Below are positions 1 through 12,691 of a stretch of DNA of 64,000 nucleotides, piece by piece (the first letter of the stretch is position 1; each line of letters starts with the position of its first letter). The stretch is from Octopus sinensis (Eukaryota), in NCBI RefSeq assembly GCF_006345805.1, contig NC_043012.1, positions 15,128,001 to 15,192,000 on the forward strand, written 5' to 3'. Below the pieces are notes generated by a model, which was given only the letters and a program-made list of their open reading frames with translations, had not been told where the DNA came from and made no database searches. The translations under genes were made by a program, and so were the position numbers.

Positions 1-108
1 GGTGGGAGCTGGGGCTAGGTGCAGTCCTACTGTATGGCACTGAGGCAAGTGTCTTCTACTTACAGCCCTAGGCTGACCAAATCTGGTGAGTAAATTTTGT
101 GGACAGAA

Positions 109-140
<32 letters not shown>

Positions 141-275
141 AAATATCAAACAATGAGAATGAATGCTTAACAATGCATTAGTGGATTAGGATTTTTGAGT
201 GTTACGGCTACCATTGGTTTCATGTTAAGGAATACCTCAACAATTATGAAGCCTATCATATGGAAACACTATACA

Positions 276-330
<55 letters not shown>

Positions 331-639
331 ATATAGTAAATAATGTATATGTAATATATATATAAAAATACAAAATGGGACAAGAACGCAAAACATTCAA
401 ATAAATGATACAAAAAACACGGACGGTTCATTTGAAGCCTCTAATCTTCAGTCAAGAACCGGATCATCCTCGCAATAAATAATGTATATGTAATATATAT
501 AAATATAATACGAGGGAACTAGGCTACTGGAGTTCTGTGATGCATGTAACCTTTTAATCTGCAACACTAATTTCAGGAAACCAACATACACACACACATA
601 TATATATTAGTACCAGAGCTCTTGTCTTCTCCATCTACA

Positions 640-810
640 ATAAGAACCCTGAACTGTAAAAGCTTGGGTTTGAAGGGTCCATGACTAGTAAACATCCTGG
701 CAAACAGCCCCTGAAATTTGAAGGGGTGTAGATGTGCAGGTCTTGAAAGAACATCTGGACAAATTTTTATCTGAGATACCAGATGAACCCACATCACAGC
801 TCTCTTCAAG
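640..810 (+). mobile_element. LINE (CR1/L2-like) C-terminal remnant
   Basis: LKEHLDKFLSEIPDEP motif preceded by a degenerate KGP..NIL. Confidence 0.55.
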
Positions 811-942
811 CCACAAGTTCCAGTCTCAGCTTTACATCTTAGAAAAAAACAGAAGTGTTTCTTTTAACTGACCAGAGTGATATACTATGAGACATTAGTG
901 TTGCTGATAGTAGTGAATACACTTAATACAAACTATACTTAC

Positions 943-1028
943 TCCAGTGATTCCTTTGAGAGAATTTCACCAAAAAAACGGATGCCAAGTCGGTAAATGT
1001 GTTGTTTCTTTTTATATACTTTACTTAT
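943..1028 (-). CDS. PWWP gene coding exon 7 (ISKVYKKKQHIYRLGIRFFGEILSKESL)
   Basis: tctttcttcttcag acceptor, GTAAGT donor, 86 bp, phase 0 to 2; RFFG strand typical of PWWP. Confidence 0.88.
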
Positions 1029-4000
1029 CTGAAGAAGAAAGATTTTTACACCAATAGATTCATACACTGAAGCAAGATTTTTAAATTTAAAACAATCAAA
1101 TGGACATAAACCTGGTTACACACAGCCATACACTCACACATGTATGTGTGTGTGTGCATGCGTGTATATATATATATATATATATATATAAACAGCAAAA
1201 TGTGTGTGTGTGTGTATCCTTTAAAAAATCCACAATTTTTCAGTTAGAGGGCTCACACTTTCTAAGGTCATTCAAAACCGTCCAAGGGTGGTTGTGCACA
1301 TCTTTACATTTCCCCAGTCACCCTGCAAAGCCATTAAAAAATCAATAGAAGTGACTTTTTTGTGAATTTTCTATCCAAAACCCAATCAAAATGCCCAAAA
1401 CTTGATACGCCAATTGAATGCTGGGTCATAGTGCTAGTATATATATAAAATCTCTAATCAGTTCATTGACTTTTAAGATAATCAAGTTAATTCACTTTTG
1501 ATGATTAAACAGAGGAGACATCTTCGATTCTCAGTAAAGATCTCAATACAGGTTGTTGATATTAATTCCAAGGATAAATGCAAAATCACAGTATGTAAAA
1601 AATAGTATAAGTGTCTGTGTGTGAATATAGATATCATCATCATCGTTTAACATCCGCCTTCCATACTGGCATAACAAATTTTGAATCAATTCAAATATGT
1701 TTGAGACATAATTGGCATATAAAGAGATATTATCACAGTAGTTTGCCACGGAGAAAAATTTTTGCTTTGGGTAAAAGATGTTAAAAACACTAAAGTGAGT
1801 TGAAAGCATCTCCTATAGATTTGTAGAAGCGTGTCAAACTCCCCACCTCTCTTCAGCACCAGATACTAAGCAAAGCAACTCTAAACTGACCGAAAGGTTT
1901 AACTTGCTTGTCAGAAACCAGTAAGTACTGATCAGTTGTGTTGGCCACTACCAGGTCAGAACAAAACATGGGTGCTGCACAAAGCAGTGATATAAAATAA
2001 ACAAACTTTAGATTGGTTCACATCATAATGAAAATGCGTCTACAGGTCAAATATGTTCCAAGCATATCCGATATGGTCTTGAGCTTATTTTACAGCACTG
2101 CTTTGTGCACCAGCCATATATGTATGCGTGTGCCATGCTACTCCCACTAAATAAAGAGGATTGGCCTGCAAGGGTCCTGTGCCAGTGCCATGCAAAAAGT
2201 ACTTGTGCTGGCACCATGTTAGAAGCACCCAGTACATACTGTAAAGAGGTTGGTGTTAGGAAGGGCATCCGGTTGTAGAAACACAATCATGAGTGCAACA
2301 CCCTAACCACTAAACCATGTGCTCCATGCACACACATCAGGCTGTACATGCTTTCCCACAAGGTGCACTTCTATAATTTTACACAAGAAAGTATCAGCCT
2401 ACTCACATGAGTTTTTCTATGCTAGCACACCACAATCCTGTATATAAGATTTCATGAAACTGTGTGACTGCATTACATAAACAAATACACACACTATGTC
2501 AGTGAGATATACTGATGTACTGTGTCAATAAGTGGTTAGCAATGCATGTGTGTGTGTTCTTGCCAGAAGAGTAGCAAAATTCAAGTGCTCAATCCATTGG
2601 GCTATCTTATCCTCATCATTGTGAGATGGAATTTATTGAGGCACATTCTCTCCAATCTGATGCCCTTCCTGTCACCAACCTTCACCTGTTCCTAAGCAAG
2701 GAAAATATTTCTCTAGGGAAACGTTTTCCATGGAAAACTGGAAATGAACAACATCACTCATGTGACGTTGTTCGCTTCTGACCATCACATGATTTCAAGA
2801 CAAAAGGTACAAACAAAAACACGTATACATAGATATATGCATTTCTGTCAACAAAATCCACTTACAAGGGTTTGGTGAAACCAGGGCTATAGCAGGAGAC
2901 AACTGCCCAAGGTGCCATATACTCATCATCATCATCATTGTTTAACGTCCGTTGTCCATGCTAGCATGGGTTGGACGGTTCGACCGGGGATCTGGGAAGC
3001 CAGAAGGCTGCACCAGGCTCCAGTCTGATCTGGCAGTGTTTCTACAGCTGGATGCCCTTCCTAACGCCAACCACTCCGTGAGTGTAGTGGGTGCTTTTTA
3101 CGTGCCACCTGCACAGGTGCCAGGCGAGGCTGGCAACGGCCACGATCGGATTGGTGCATTTTACGTGCCACTGGCACGGAAGCCAGTCAAGGCGGTGCTG
3201 GCATCGGCCACGATTCGGATGGTGCTTTTTACGTGCCACCGCCACGGAAGCCAGTCAACGCGGCGCTGGCATCGGCCACGTTTACACATAAATACATTAT
3301 GAATATTACCAATACTGTATGAGAGGAAGCTGTAGCAAATATCTCAGATTACAATATAAGAGAAAGTGGAGTACCTACCAAGGCAGGCCAGAAAGGATAT
3401 TTGTTGAATTTAACCCATACTGCATCATTTTCCACAACAGGTGAGTCTGAAACATGAAAAGAAAAATGTATTTAGTCCAACCCATGCCAACATGGAAAAC
3501 GGATGTTAGGTGATGAAGATGATTTGAATTAATTATCTATAACGAATATATTGCTGGTGCCATGTAAAAGCATCCATGCTAGTGCGACGTATAAAGTAGT
3601 CATGCCTGTGCCATGTAAAAAGCACCCAGTACAATCTATAATGTGGTTGGTGTTAGGAAGGGCATCCAAAAACAGACAATTGGAACGCAAGCAGCTCCTG
3701 TCAAATTGTCCAATCGATGGCAGCATGGAAAAAAGACATTAAAATGATGATGATGCAATATGTTTTCATGAGAGAGAATCTTCAAGATGACCTAATGATA
3801 AAATAGCCATTAACGCAAACAAGACAAAAACTTAATTAAAACATGTAACCTATAAATTAACAGATAAATCAATAACAACTAATTAATAAGACAATAGGTA
3901 AGTTAAAAGGTCAACTCAGAGCAATAGCAGAAGGCACTTGCTTAAGGTACTGTGCAGTGGGACTGAACCTGAAACCACATGGTTGCAATGCAAACCTTTC

Positions 4001-6365
4001 AACCATACAGCCAATTGCTGTTAAGTCAAGACTGTCACCAAAACCACTCAACACACATTAAATCATTGCAGTAAATTTGGTTGATGTTAAGTAACCATAG
4101 TTACTCTCTTAGACTTGGGCCCTTGTGTCTAATCTTACTCTACACCTGGATTCCTGAGCAAAAAAATAAACAGTTGCATATGACAGCTGAAGGATAAGAA
4201 TTGCAAGGCAAACGAATGGACAGAATCGGTTGCATCTTCTTTGCCCACTTGACTGGGAATCCAGAGATGACGTTTCACCTATTCCGGCTTCAGCAGGAAC
4301 ACAGTATGACATGGTTAATATTATTCAGTTATTTAAACACAATTTATAGTATATTTCACTACTCAATCACAAGTAGCAATAATAAGAGAAATCAGAACGC
4401 CTTACTGGCACCTGTGCCAGTGGCATGTGTAAAAGATTCGAGCGTGGTCGTTGCCAGTACCACCTGACTGGCCCCGTGCCGGTGGCACGTAAAAGCACCC
4501 ACTACACTCTTGGAGTGGTTGGTGTTAGGAAGGGCATCCAGCTGTAGAAACTCTGCCAGATCAAGATTGAAGCCTGGTGCAGCCATCTGGTTCGCCAGCC
4601 CTCAGTCATTCGTCCAACCCATGCTAGCATGGAAAGCGGACGTTAAACGATCATGATGATGATGATCTCAACATTAAAAATATCATGAGTTTTGCAAATT
4701 AAGTGCTGAAACTGGGAGAAACTAAGACCAGAATTTGTATCTTAACAACAAATTACAATTCTAAATACATAAGTTTATCAATTCAATAAACTATATATGG
4801 AAAGATATTCACCAGCTTTTGAAGAAGTGATAGTGTCGCACATCTCATCATCAGTACCAAAGGAGCTTTCATCAGATGAACCAGATTTGTTCTCAAGGTT
4901 GGAATCTGAATTTTTCCTGTTGAAAAGTTTAAATAAAATAACAAGATTATATATATATATATATATATAGGGAGAGTTTACGAAAAAAACAAAAGATGAA
5001 GACAGGTGGTGTACAAAACAAACAGATGTATTAGTATAATGCTCAGGAATAGAAAAAGTCTTTTACGTTTCAAGCCTATGCTCTTCAACAGAAAGGGACA
5101 CAGAAAAAAACAAGGAGAGAAAAAAAATTTTTTTTTATAATTATGAGTATAATTATAATTAGGGTTCAGCAAAATTTGCTTCATCACATACTGAAATTTA
5201 GAAATAACAGTTAAAACTAACTATTTCTCTACCATAAGAAAATCTCCCAGACAACATTACTCAACAGGTAAAGAGAAAAAAATAATGAATCCACCTGGCT
5301 TTGATTAACTGTATACGCTTTTCGGAGTTAGATACTTGTTACATCTATCTAACTCCGAAACGCATATTCAGTTAATCAAAGCCAGGTGGATTCGTTATTT
5401 TTTTCTCTTTACCTGCGTGGGTTGTTGAGTAATGTTGTCTGGGAGATTTTCTTATGGTAGAGAAATAGTTAGTTTTAACTGCTATTTCTAAATTTCAGTA
5501 TGTGGTGAAGCAAATTTTGCTGAACCCTAATTATAAAAAGAATTTTGTTTAAGTTTACCGATAATGGTTCTTTTAACATACCGAACTACTTGGTAAAATT
5601 ATTAATTATTAATTATTAATTAATTAATTTTACCCATTATTATTATATATATATATATTATATAAAATGATTTGAACATTTATTCTCAATATATTTCAGC
5701 AGATGTTGACACAAAATATGTTAATTGCAGTTTTATGTGGGTCATAAGAGAACATCTACCTTATATAACGACAATGTGCTCATAACATTTTTGGCTCATT
5801 TATGCAAAAGTTTCTGGAGCACCAATGTTACCATAAGTGCCTCAGCAAGAAACACCCAGTCTTTTGAGCTTTTAAATAAGCCACTGGGCTTTGTTTATAA
5901 TTTCAACAAACAAACAATTTGCTGATTAGTGCTTATATCTACTAACCAATGAAATAATCATTATTTGCACTATATATATTATTTGATAAACACGTGTTTT
6001 TATGTGTTACTATTAGTTTCATGTGATGAGAACATGCCAGACAGTATTTTTTAATAATTGAAGGGGAAATATTTCTAATTTCCCCACCCCACCCTTTTGT
6101 GTCGTTCTATTTTTTTTTTCTGGACCTTTTATATCTATTTCTTTCTCACATCATATTGTCCAATTTTTAGTTTGTTATGCCACGTGTGCAGTGTCTGAAG
6201 ATTGTGCAGAGACACCAGACAAGTTAAAAAATACTGTCTGGCATGCTTTCATTACATGAAACTAATAGTAGCACATAAAAACATATACTGTGTTTATTAA
6301 ATAATATTTATCTCTCACCAGATGGGGTACTTTATTTGTTGAATCTTACCACCACGGAATAGTAC

Positions 6366-6417
<52 letters not shown>

Positions 6418-9400
6418 AAGGGGAGGGCAAAGACATATTAAAAATACTTGATTATGAATATACATATACAACAGATGAATGGGTAAGTAATTGTATTTTA
6501 CTACAGGCACTGAACTTTGTCAAGAGCAAGGCATTAACCACACTAACAACAACAACAACAAGAGCACTCAGAGAGTGCAAACCTCCACCAAGGCAACACC
6601 AATGTCGTCTCAACAATTAGCCGAAGATGATTTTTAAAATGAGAATATCTGAAATAAACTCAACGCCTCTCACAAACAAGAATACTAAAAATGAACCCGA
6701 CCGCTCTCAGTGGAAGTCATGGAATGTGAAAGTGACTGTAGACAAATTAGTAACAGTAATAAATAGTTTATCCTTATATAATAGAAGCCAAACTTAACAA
6801 ATTCACCATCCAAAATAGTTTCAAAGGCGGAGGTAATAAGTTCTACTCAGGAAATTTTAAATGAATAGCATGAGACCTTTTGGCTTTCTCTTCTCTTAAA
6901 TTCCAATCTTCCTTTAGTATTCCTGTTGTTTTAGATTGATGTATAGATGTAAGTATACTGTAAAGTGTTAATATGTATGTATAATATATATGTACATTAT
7001 AAAAATATGTTAGTGTTATTTAATTTCTGAATGGTTTTGCTGCCGTCTCTTTCGGTAGTTTGATTTCTTTATCCATCAATTTCTACTGAGAGATGCGAAT
7101 AAAATTAATAATAGAGAAACGAAGATAAGACATTGGAAAGAGCAAGAAGGGAGATAATTGAGAAAGAGTTGAAAGTGAATGTAAACATAGCAATCCAGAA
7201 TCCTTGTCCAGTACCGGATCGATCCGGAAATCTAATCAGTTTGTGCCAGTCACGAGGCCAAACATCCGAATCCATCCAGCATCTTGTCCATGGACAAACA
7301 AACACAACTGCAAACAATACCTCTGCCTTAGCGAAGGCAGAGGTAATAATAATCCTTTCTACTATAAGAACAAGGCCTGAAATTTGGAAGGAAGGGGGCT
7401 AGTTGATTACATTGACCCCAGTGCATAACTGCTACTTATTTCATTGACCCTGAAAGGATGAAAGGAAAGTTGACCATGGCAGAATTTGAACTGAGAACAA
7501 GGATGGACAAAATGAACAATAATCCTTTCTACTAAAGGCACAAGGCCTGAAATTTTGCAAGAGGGGACCAGTTGATTACATTGACCCCAGTGTTTCACTA
7601 GTATTCAATTTATTGAATCTGAAAGGATGAAAGGCAAAGTCAACCTCGATGGAATTTGAACTCAGAACATACTGACAAGCGAAATACCACCAAGCATTTC
7701 ATCCAGTGTGCTAATGGTTTCAAATTTAGCCACAAGGGCAGCAATTTTGGGGGAGGGGGATGAGTTGATTGCATGGCCCCAGTGTTCAACTGGTAATTAT
7801 TTTATTGACCCCGAATGGATGAAAGACAAAGTTGACCACAGCAGAATTTGAACTCACAATGTGGCAACGGGTGAAACACTGCTAAGTATTTCGTCCAGCG
7901 CACTAACGCTTCTGTCAGCTCGCCAGCTTAATAATAATAATAAAGATAATGGTGTCTTTGAACAATGTATTCTATTACACCATTCAATCAATAAAACAAA
8001 ATCAATGATGATTAATCTTCAGAAAACAAGCAACAGCTGGTGTACTATTTCATTAGTCTCTAGTCAGTTATTAACATTCATACAACAGGGTAATCATTTC
8101 TTATTTCATTCATTCAATCGTCATCTACAGCATCTTTCATACAATGTTTTTGATAGAGACAAATATATTTCTAGCTACAAGTGAAGTATCAGTGAACCTG
8201 AATACACAGAACCATTTTCACATAATTTTACATGGCAACCTGATCAATACAACAATAAAAGACTCAAAGATGTCAAATTCCAGCATTACTTTTCAGAATA
8301 AAGAAGTTTCTTCCTTGTTGTTGTTTCCTCTTCCTTCTCATCTTTCTCTCCATTGGATCTTTTCTCACCACTGGAGTGAGGTCTTCTAGTTGGCCGTTCT
8401 AGTTTATTTTCTGAAGGAGTGCTAGTATCATAACTTGACTTCATCTGGAACTCTTTTCTTTTCTCTGTGTTGCCAATAGACAATACACCATTTCTTTGAT
8501 CCTTCGATGACTTCAGTTTGGTATAAGTCTTTGGTTGTGTAAAAGAACTAATACTGCGTTTGGAGTTTTCATTTTCTCCCACGGAAGAGGAGTTATCTTT
8601 TTTTTTCTGAAGTGACCGGTATGAAAAGCTGGGTTTATGTGCTGGCTGTCGGATGGGTTCATCATGAAACATATAGCAACTACCTCTGTCGTGAGCTGTG
8701 GTAGGTAAGGCCTTCTGAGGTGGAGGTGAGGCTGGTTTCCGGGCATAACAAGGAACACGACTGGTGACTTCTGGTGTGCTCAAGCGACGTGGGGCCTTGT
8801 AGTGTTGGCTTCTCAGATATGCATCATTCTCAACCATTCGACGCTTACGGCTGTCAGCATTTGCCACAAAAGATTCAGGCAGACTAGGACAACGGAGTAC
8901 ATTTTCTTCAGGTTTATAGTGAATTAACATCAAATTTAGCCGACAAGTAGAAAAGTTACACTGGCTACAGGTATACTTCAAATGGTCACTGGTCTCATTT
9001 GTGTAACTAGTAATAGTGCTGCTGGCACCAGATGTAGCCGGAGGACTGTCAGAAAGTAAATCTGCTTGGTTGTGTGAACTACCAGCAACAGATGACTTAC
9101 TGTTCAAGGAACTATTAAATATAGAGTCATTTGGATTCTTAACCGATGAGCTTTTTTTGTGTGTAACATCAGTGTTGTCCTTGGCAGCTTTTTGAGCACA
9201 TTTTAGAGCCATCAGGAATCTTTGACTCAAATCATTTGGCAGATTTTCACCTGGAAAGAAAAATAAAATACAAAGAATTATAATAGATAAAGCCAAAAAA
9301 AACATGATACACAATATAAACAGGGGAAAAAAATATTTTATTTTTCCCTTTTATTAATGATGTAAACTGCAAGTAAACTGGAGAAGCACAAATAAAGTGG

Positions 9401-11470
9401 AGAAGCAAGGAATTGATCATGTGTCACCTGTCACTTCTCCTGCAGTGATCCAGACCATCTGACAGAAATATCAGATGGTGTAGTTCGCCATTGTAAAATC
9501 AATGAATATTTTGTTGCAACACAAATTTCAATTTCTCTTGCGAAGAAAGCTATGAACACTATCAACAGGCTGTCAATAAGTCTACACCCTGTTTCTACTA
9601 GGATATAGATTTATCTCTCATATGCCTAAAATTACGAGAAACCAAAGTTGAGTATGAGGTTTGTGAATCCTTATTGCTTGAAAAAAAAAAAGACAATTTA
9701 ATCGTTGAGCTGTAAGCCTATGTCAGTTTTATGATGTCTGGTTATTTCAATAATGTATTACAAGGAAGGATGGTTATAGACCAGTGATCCCTAATATGGG
9801 GTATACACCCTACTGGTGGAACCTGGGAAAACTGGGGTTGGGTATGGGATCCAAAATTTCTTTTTTCTTTTAAGTGGGACATGGAATTGTGAAAATCTTT
9901 TTTTCACAGCAGACACACTACACCTATACTCAGCCTAGCCAAACCAATTGCTCCAGTCAAGCATACAGTGTGAAGACTGTTTGCTACAGTATATTGCTAT
10001 ATTAATGCCCAGGTGTGGATATTTCTTTAGAAGAAAGTATATAATCATAAAATATTAAAGATAAAGTTTTTCTCTTTTTTCTAACCACTGGTGGGGGGAT
10101 AGGTTGGGAAACATTACTGCAGACGTAAAGTCTTACCTTTCTTTATGTAGTTCTTCTTGTGTTCTGTATTAAATGGCAAGATATTAGATTCGGAACGAAT
10201 AATATCACTGGAATAAAAAGTAAATAAATAGTAACTTTTACACGCCAGTCACATAACAGTTTCAAATTTTGGTACAAGGCTAGCAATTTTGAGGAGAGGG
10301 GGAAGTCAGTTACATTGACCCCCAGTACTCAACAGGTACTTTATTATAGAGCCCAAGAAAGTGAAAGGCAAAGTCATCCTCAGCAGAATTTAACCCCAGA
10401 AAGTAATAAGCCAGAAGCTTCCTGCTCCACTTAGTCCATTCTGTCCTTCTATGTGTATCCTTATCTGTGTGTGTATTGGAATTACAGAACCAAAAGTTCA
10501 ACCAAGCCAGTCCAATTTTAACAAATAAAAGAGAAGAACCGCATTTTCTAGCATACAAATTGATGTAATACATAGTGTAAACATTGAAACACCATAAGTA
10601 TCCCTCCAAATACTGCTGTATTTCACATGGAATATTAGGTTCTCAAAAGTAGTCTTGGTGTAAAAGTCAACTTTTGTCTTTGACTGTAAATTTTGGATTT
10701 AAAAAATTTGGCTTGTATACCACAAGATTTGGTAGAAGCTATTTTTGCTGAAAATATACTAAACTAAAAACTAATCAAATACTTACTAAGCATCTTCACA
10801 AGGAAAAGTGATGTAAGCTATAGGATTTTTCTTCCCATGATTAACAATTTTACAGTCTTCCTGGGCTACAACCTGTTAAAATAAAAACAGTTTACAGGTC
10901 ATGTATCAAAACAGATAAATAAAATAAAATACAAACTTTGTAATTATTAACTTTATGCCTATGTGTATCTGAGTATGATCATCGTTTAACGTCCGTTTTC
11001 CATGCCAGCATGGGTTGGACGATTTTGACTGAGGGCTGTCGAACCAGTTGGCTGCACCAGGTTCCAATCTTGATTTGGCAGAGTTTCTACAGCTGGAGGC
11101 CCTTCCTAACGCCAACCACTCCTTTTTACATGCCACTGGCACGGGGATCAGTCAGGCAATACTGGCAACGACCTCGCTGACCCAGGCAAAGCATAGGAAA
11201 GTGAAATTAAAATGATAATAATATTCATTCATGTCCACTTTCCCATGCTTGCATGGGTTGGGCTTTGAGGCAGGTTGTTTTCTACAGCTAGATGCCATTC
11301 TTCCAGTCACCAACTCTCACCTGTTTTCCAAGCAAGTTAATACATCCTCACGGTCATATAGGTTCTTGCAGAATATTGGAAATCAAGGACACTGCCTGCA
11401 TGACAGGGACAATCCTTTACATCTATTGCATGATGTCAAGACAAGGAAGGACAAACACACACAGATATAT

Positions 11471-11508
<38 letters not shown>

Positions 11509-12559
11509 ATGCGTGTGTGCGGGCACACACACACACACACATACATACATAATGGGTTTCTTTCAGTTTCCATTTAACAAATCTACTCACAAAATTTTGG
11601 TTGGCATGAAGGTATAGCAGAAGACATTTGCCTAAGGTACCAAGTAGTGGGACTGAACCCAAAATAATGTGATTAGGAAGCAAACTTCCACCCACACAGC
11701 CATGTCTACTAACACACACATTTATATATATTCATACATACATACATACATACATGTTAGCTGGTGTACCTGGTAATTCCTGGGGGTAAAGATGTTCTAT
11801 TGAAACACCTTATTACTCTGATATAAGAAAGCAATTTCGTTAGGTGTATTTTCCGTCACAAAAAAGTACAAAAAACTGTCAGCAGGATGAGGGAGAGATT
11901 GTTGGAGGTTGGCGAGAAAGATTGTCGGAGGTTGGTGAGAGAGGTTGGTGGGAGGCAAAGACATTATTCTGCTTAGCGAAGGCATCTGGGAAATGCATAA
12001 CTGCTGTCATTCACAGAAAAACTATTGTTTTACCCTGAGAAAAGCACTGTTGAAATGTTAAGTGAAATTTGACAATTGAGGATCGAATCCACGCTATGCC
12101 TGCATGAAGTCACTACAAATACGTTGTGGAATAAATAATTTATCTACTGTCAAGGAAAAAGTGTAACTGTAAAAATGCAGAATTATCGGAGTAATGGGCA
12201 CTCAAAAAAGTATGAATGTATAAAAATGTATGAATGAAGTCTTTAAGGTTTAAGATTCAAATGAAGGAAGTGCAATAGGAATGTTTAGCTCACCACCTTC
12301 ATATTGTTGTAAATGACAACAACAACTCTTAACATTGAGTGATATTTTCAGGTTATGTATGTCTCCCTAAATTCATTGATGTTCTAAAGCTACCTCTGTT
12401 TTCAAGACAGATGCTCAAGTTGGTAATTTGCTTTATTTAAGTATAATGCTAGCATGGAAGATGGATTGAAGCATAATTTACCTCTGCAGGCCACCACGGA
12501 TAGCGAGGGACTTTTGCCCAAACAACATCTCCTGGAGAATAAGTCACAGCAGCACACAT
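943..12559 (-). CDS. Multi-exon dual-PWWP-domain protein (PWWP3/MUM1-like, tentative); join of 7 coding exons, C-terminus continues beyond position 1
   Basis: Exons 12559-12482, 10872-10787, 10207-10137, 9250-8290, 4916-4813, 3446-3379, 1028-943 all have AG/GT ends and phases 0,2,1,2,1,0,2, giving one open frame of 484 codons. PWWP1: GDVVWAKVPRYPWWPAEVV. PWWP2: NDAVWVKFNKYPFWPALISKVYKKKQHIYRLGIRFFGE. Confidence 0.9.
2925..3290 (+). mobile_element. (CAT)n-tailed SINE/LINE-tail family, representative copy
   Basis: catcatcat-gtttaacgtccg..ctggatgcccttcctaacgccaaccac; more than 12 copies in both orientations (e.g. 4405-4665, 10975-11170, 16790-17030, 23145-23335, 25740-26120, 32395-32540). Confidence 0.9.
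3379..3446 (-). CDS. PWWP gene coding exon 6 (SPVVENDAVWVKFNKYPFWPAL)
   Basis: catgtttcag acceptor, GTAGGT donor, 68 bp, phase 1 to 0; PFWP variant motif. Confidence 0.9.
4813..4916 (-). CDS. PWWP gene coding exon 5 (KNSDSNLENKSGSSDESSFGTDDEMCDTITSSKA)
   Basis: cttttcaacag acceptor, GTGAAT donor, 104 bp, phase 2 to 1, completes the AA|G codon of exon 4. Confidence 0.85.
5153..5536. repeat. Near-perfect ~380 bp fold-back palindrome
   Basis: Arms of ~180 and ~190 bp with few mismatches and one ~9 nt indel; 11-nt loop at 5335-5345. Confidence 0.95.
7350..7930 (-). repeat. Head-to-tail cluster of 3 partial SINE copies
   Basis: Repeated acaaggcctgaaatt..ttgaccccagtg..aaaggatgaaagg..gaatttgaactc units. 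Confidence 0.8.
8290..9250 (-). CDS. PWWP gene coding exon 4: PWWP1 C-terminal helix, degenerate C2H2-like finger, Ser/Lys-rich linker
   Basis: Core of ORF 8286..9314; acceptor ttttctttccag at 9251, donor GTAATG at 8289; contains FLMALKCAQKAA and CSQC-x12-H. Confidence 0.88.
10137..10207 (-). CDS. PWWP gene coding exon 3 (DIIRSESNILPFNTEHKKNYIKK)
   Basis: ttttattccag acceptor, GTAAGA donor, 71 bp, phase 2 to 1. Confidence 0.85.
10787..10872 (-). CDS. PWWP gene coding exon 2 (VVAQEDCKIVNHGKKNPIAYITFPCEDA)
   Basis: ttttaacag acceptor, GTAAGT donor, 86 bp, phase 0 to 2. Confidence 0.85.
12482..12559 (-). CDS. PWWP gene coding exon 1 (MCAAVTYSPGDVVWAKVPRYPWWPAE)
   Basis: Acceptor ttttttgtag at 12582, exon 12581-12482, in-frame TGA just upstream of the ATG at 12559, donor GTAAAT; canonical PWWP motif. 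Confidence 0.92.
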
Positions 12560-12691
12560 TCTTCTTCAGATTTGCAAGTTTCTACAAAAAAAAAAAGAGA
12601 AAATTTAATTAACAATATGTATAGAACATTACAAAATAATAATTCTATTACTGTTTGCATGAAGTATTGTCTGATTATATATATATATATA

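Noticed and set aside
4109-4312. Small ORF with a transmembrane-like stretch
   Set aside because: No recognisable family, the hydrophobic part is a T-rich tract, and it does not fit the exon phases of the host gene.
5725-5925. Possible extra exon between exons 4 and 5
   Set aside because: Stops in all minus-strand frames, and exons 4 and 5 already join in phase.
9251-9314. Hydrophobic signal-peptide-like N-terminus of ORF 8286..9314
   Set aside because: It is the intron polypyrimidine tract upstream of the acceptor at 9251; the ORF stop at 8286 is also intronic (donor at 8289).
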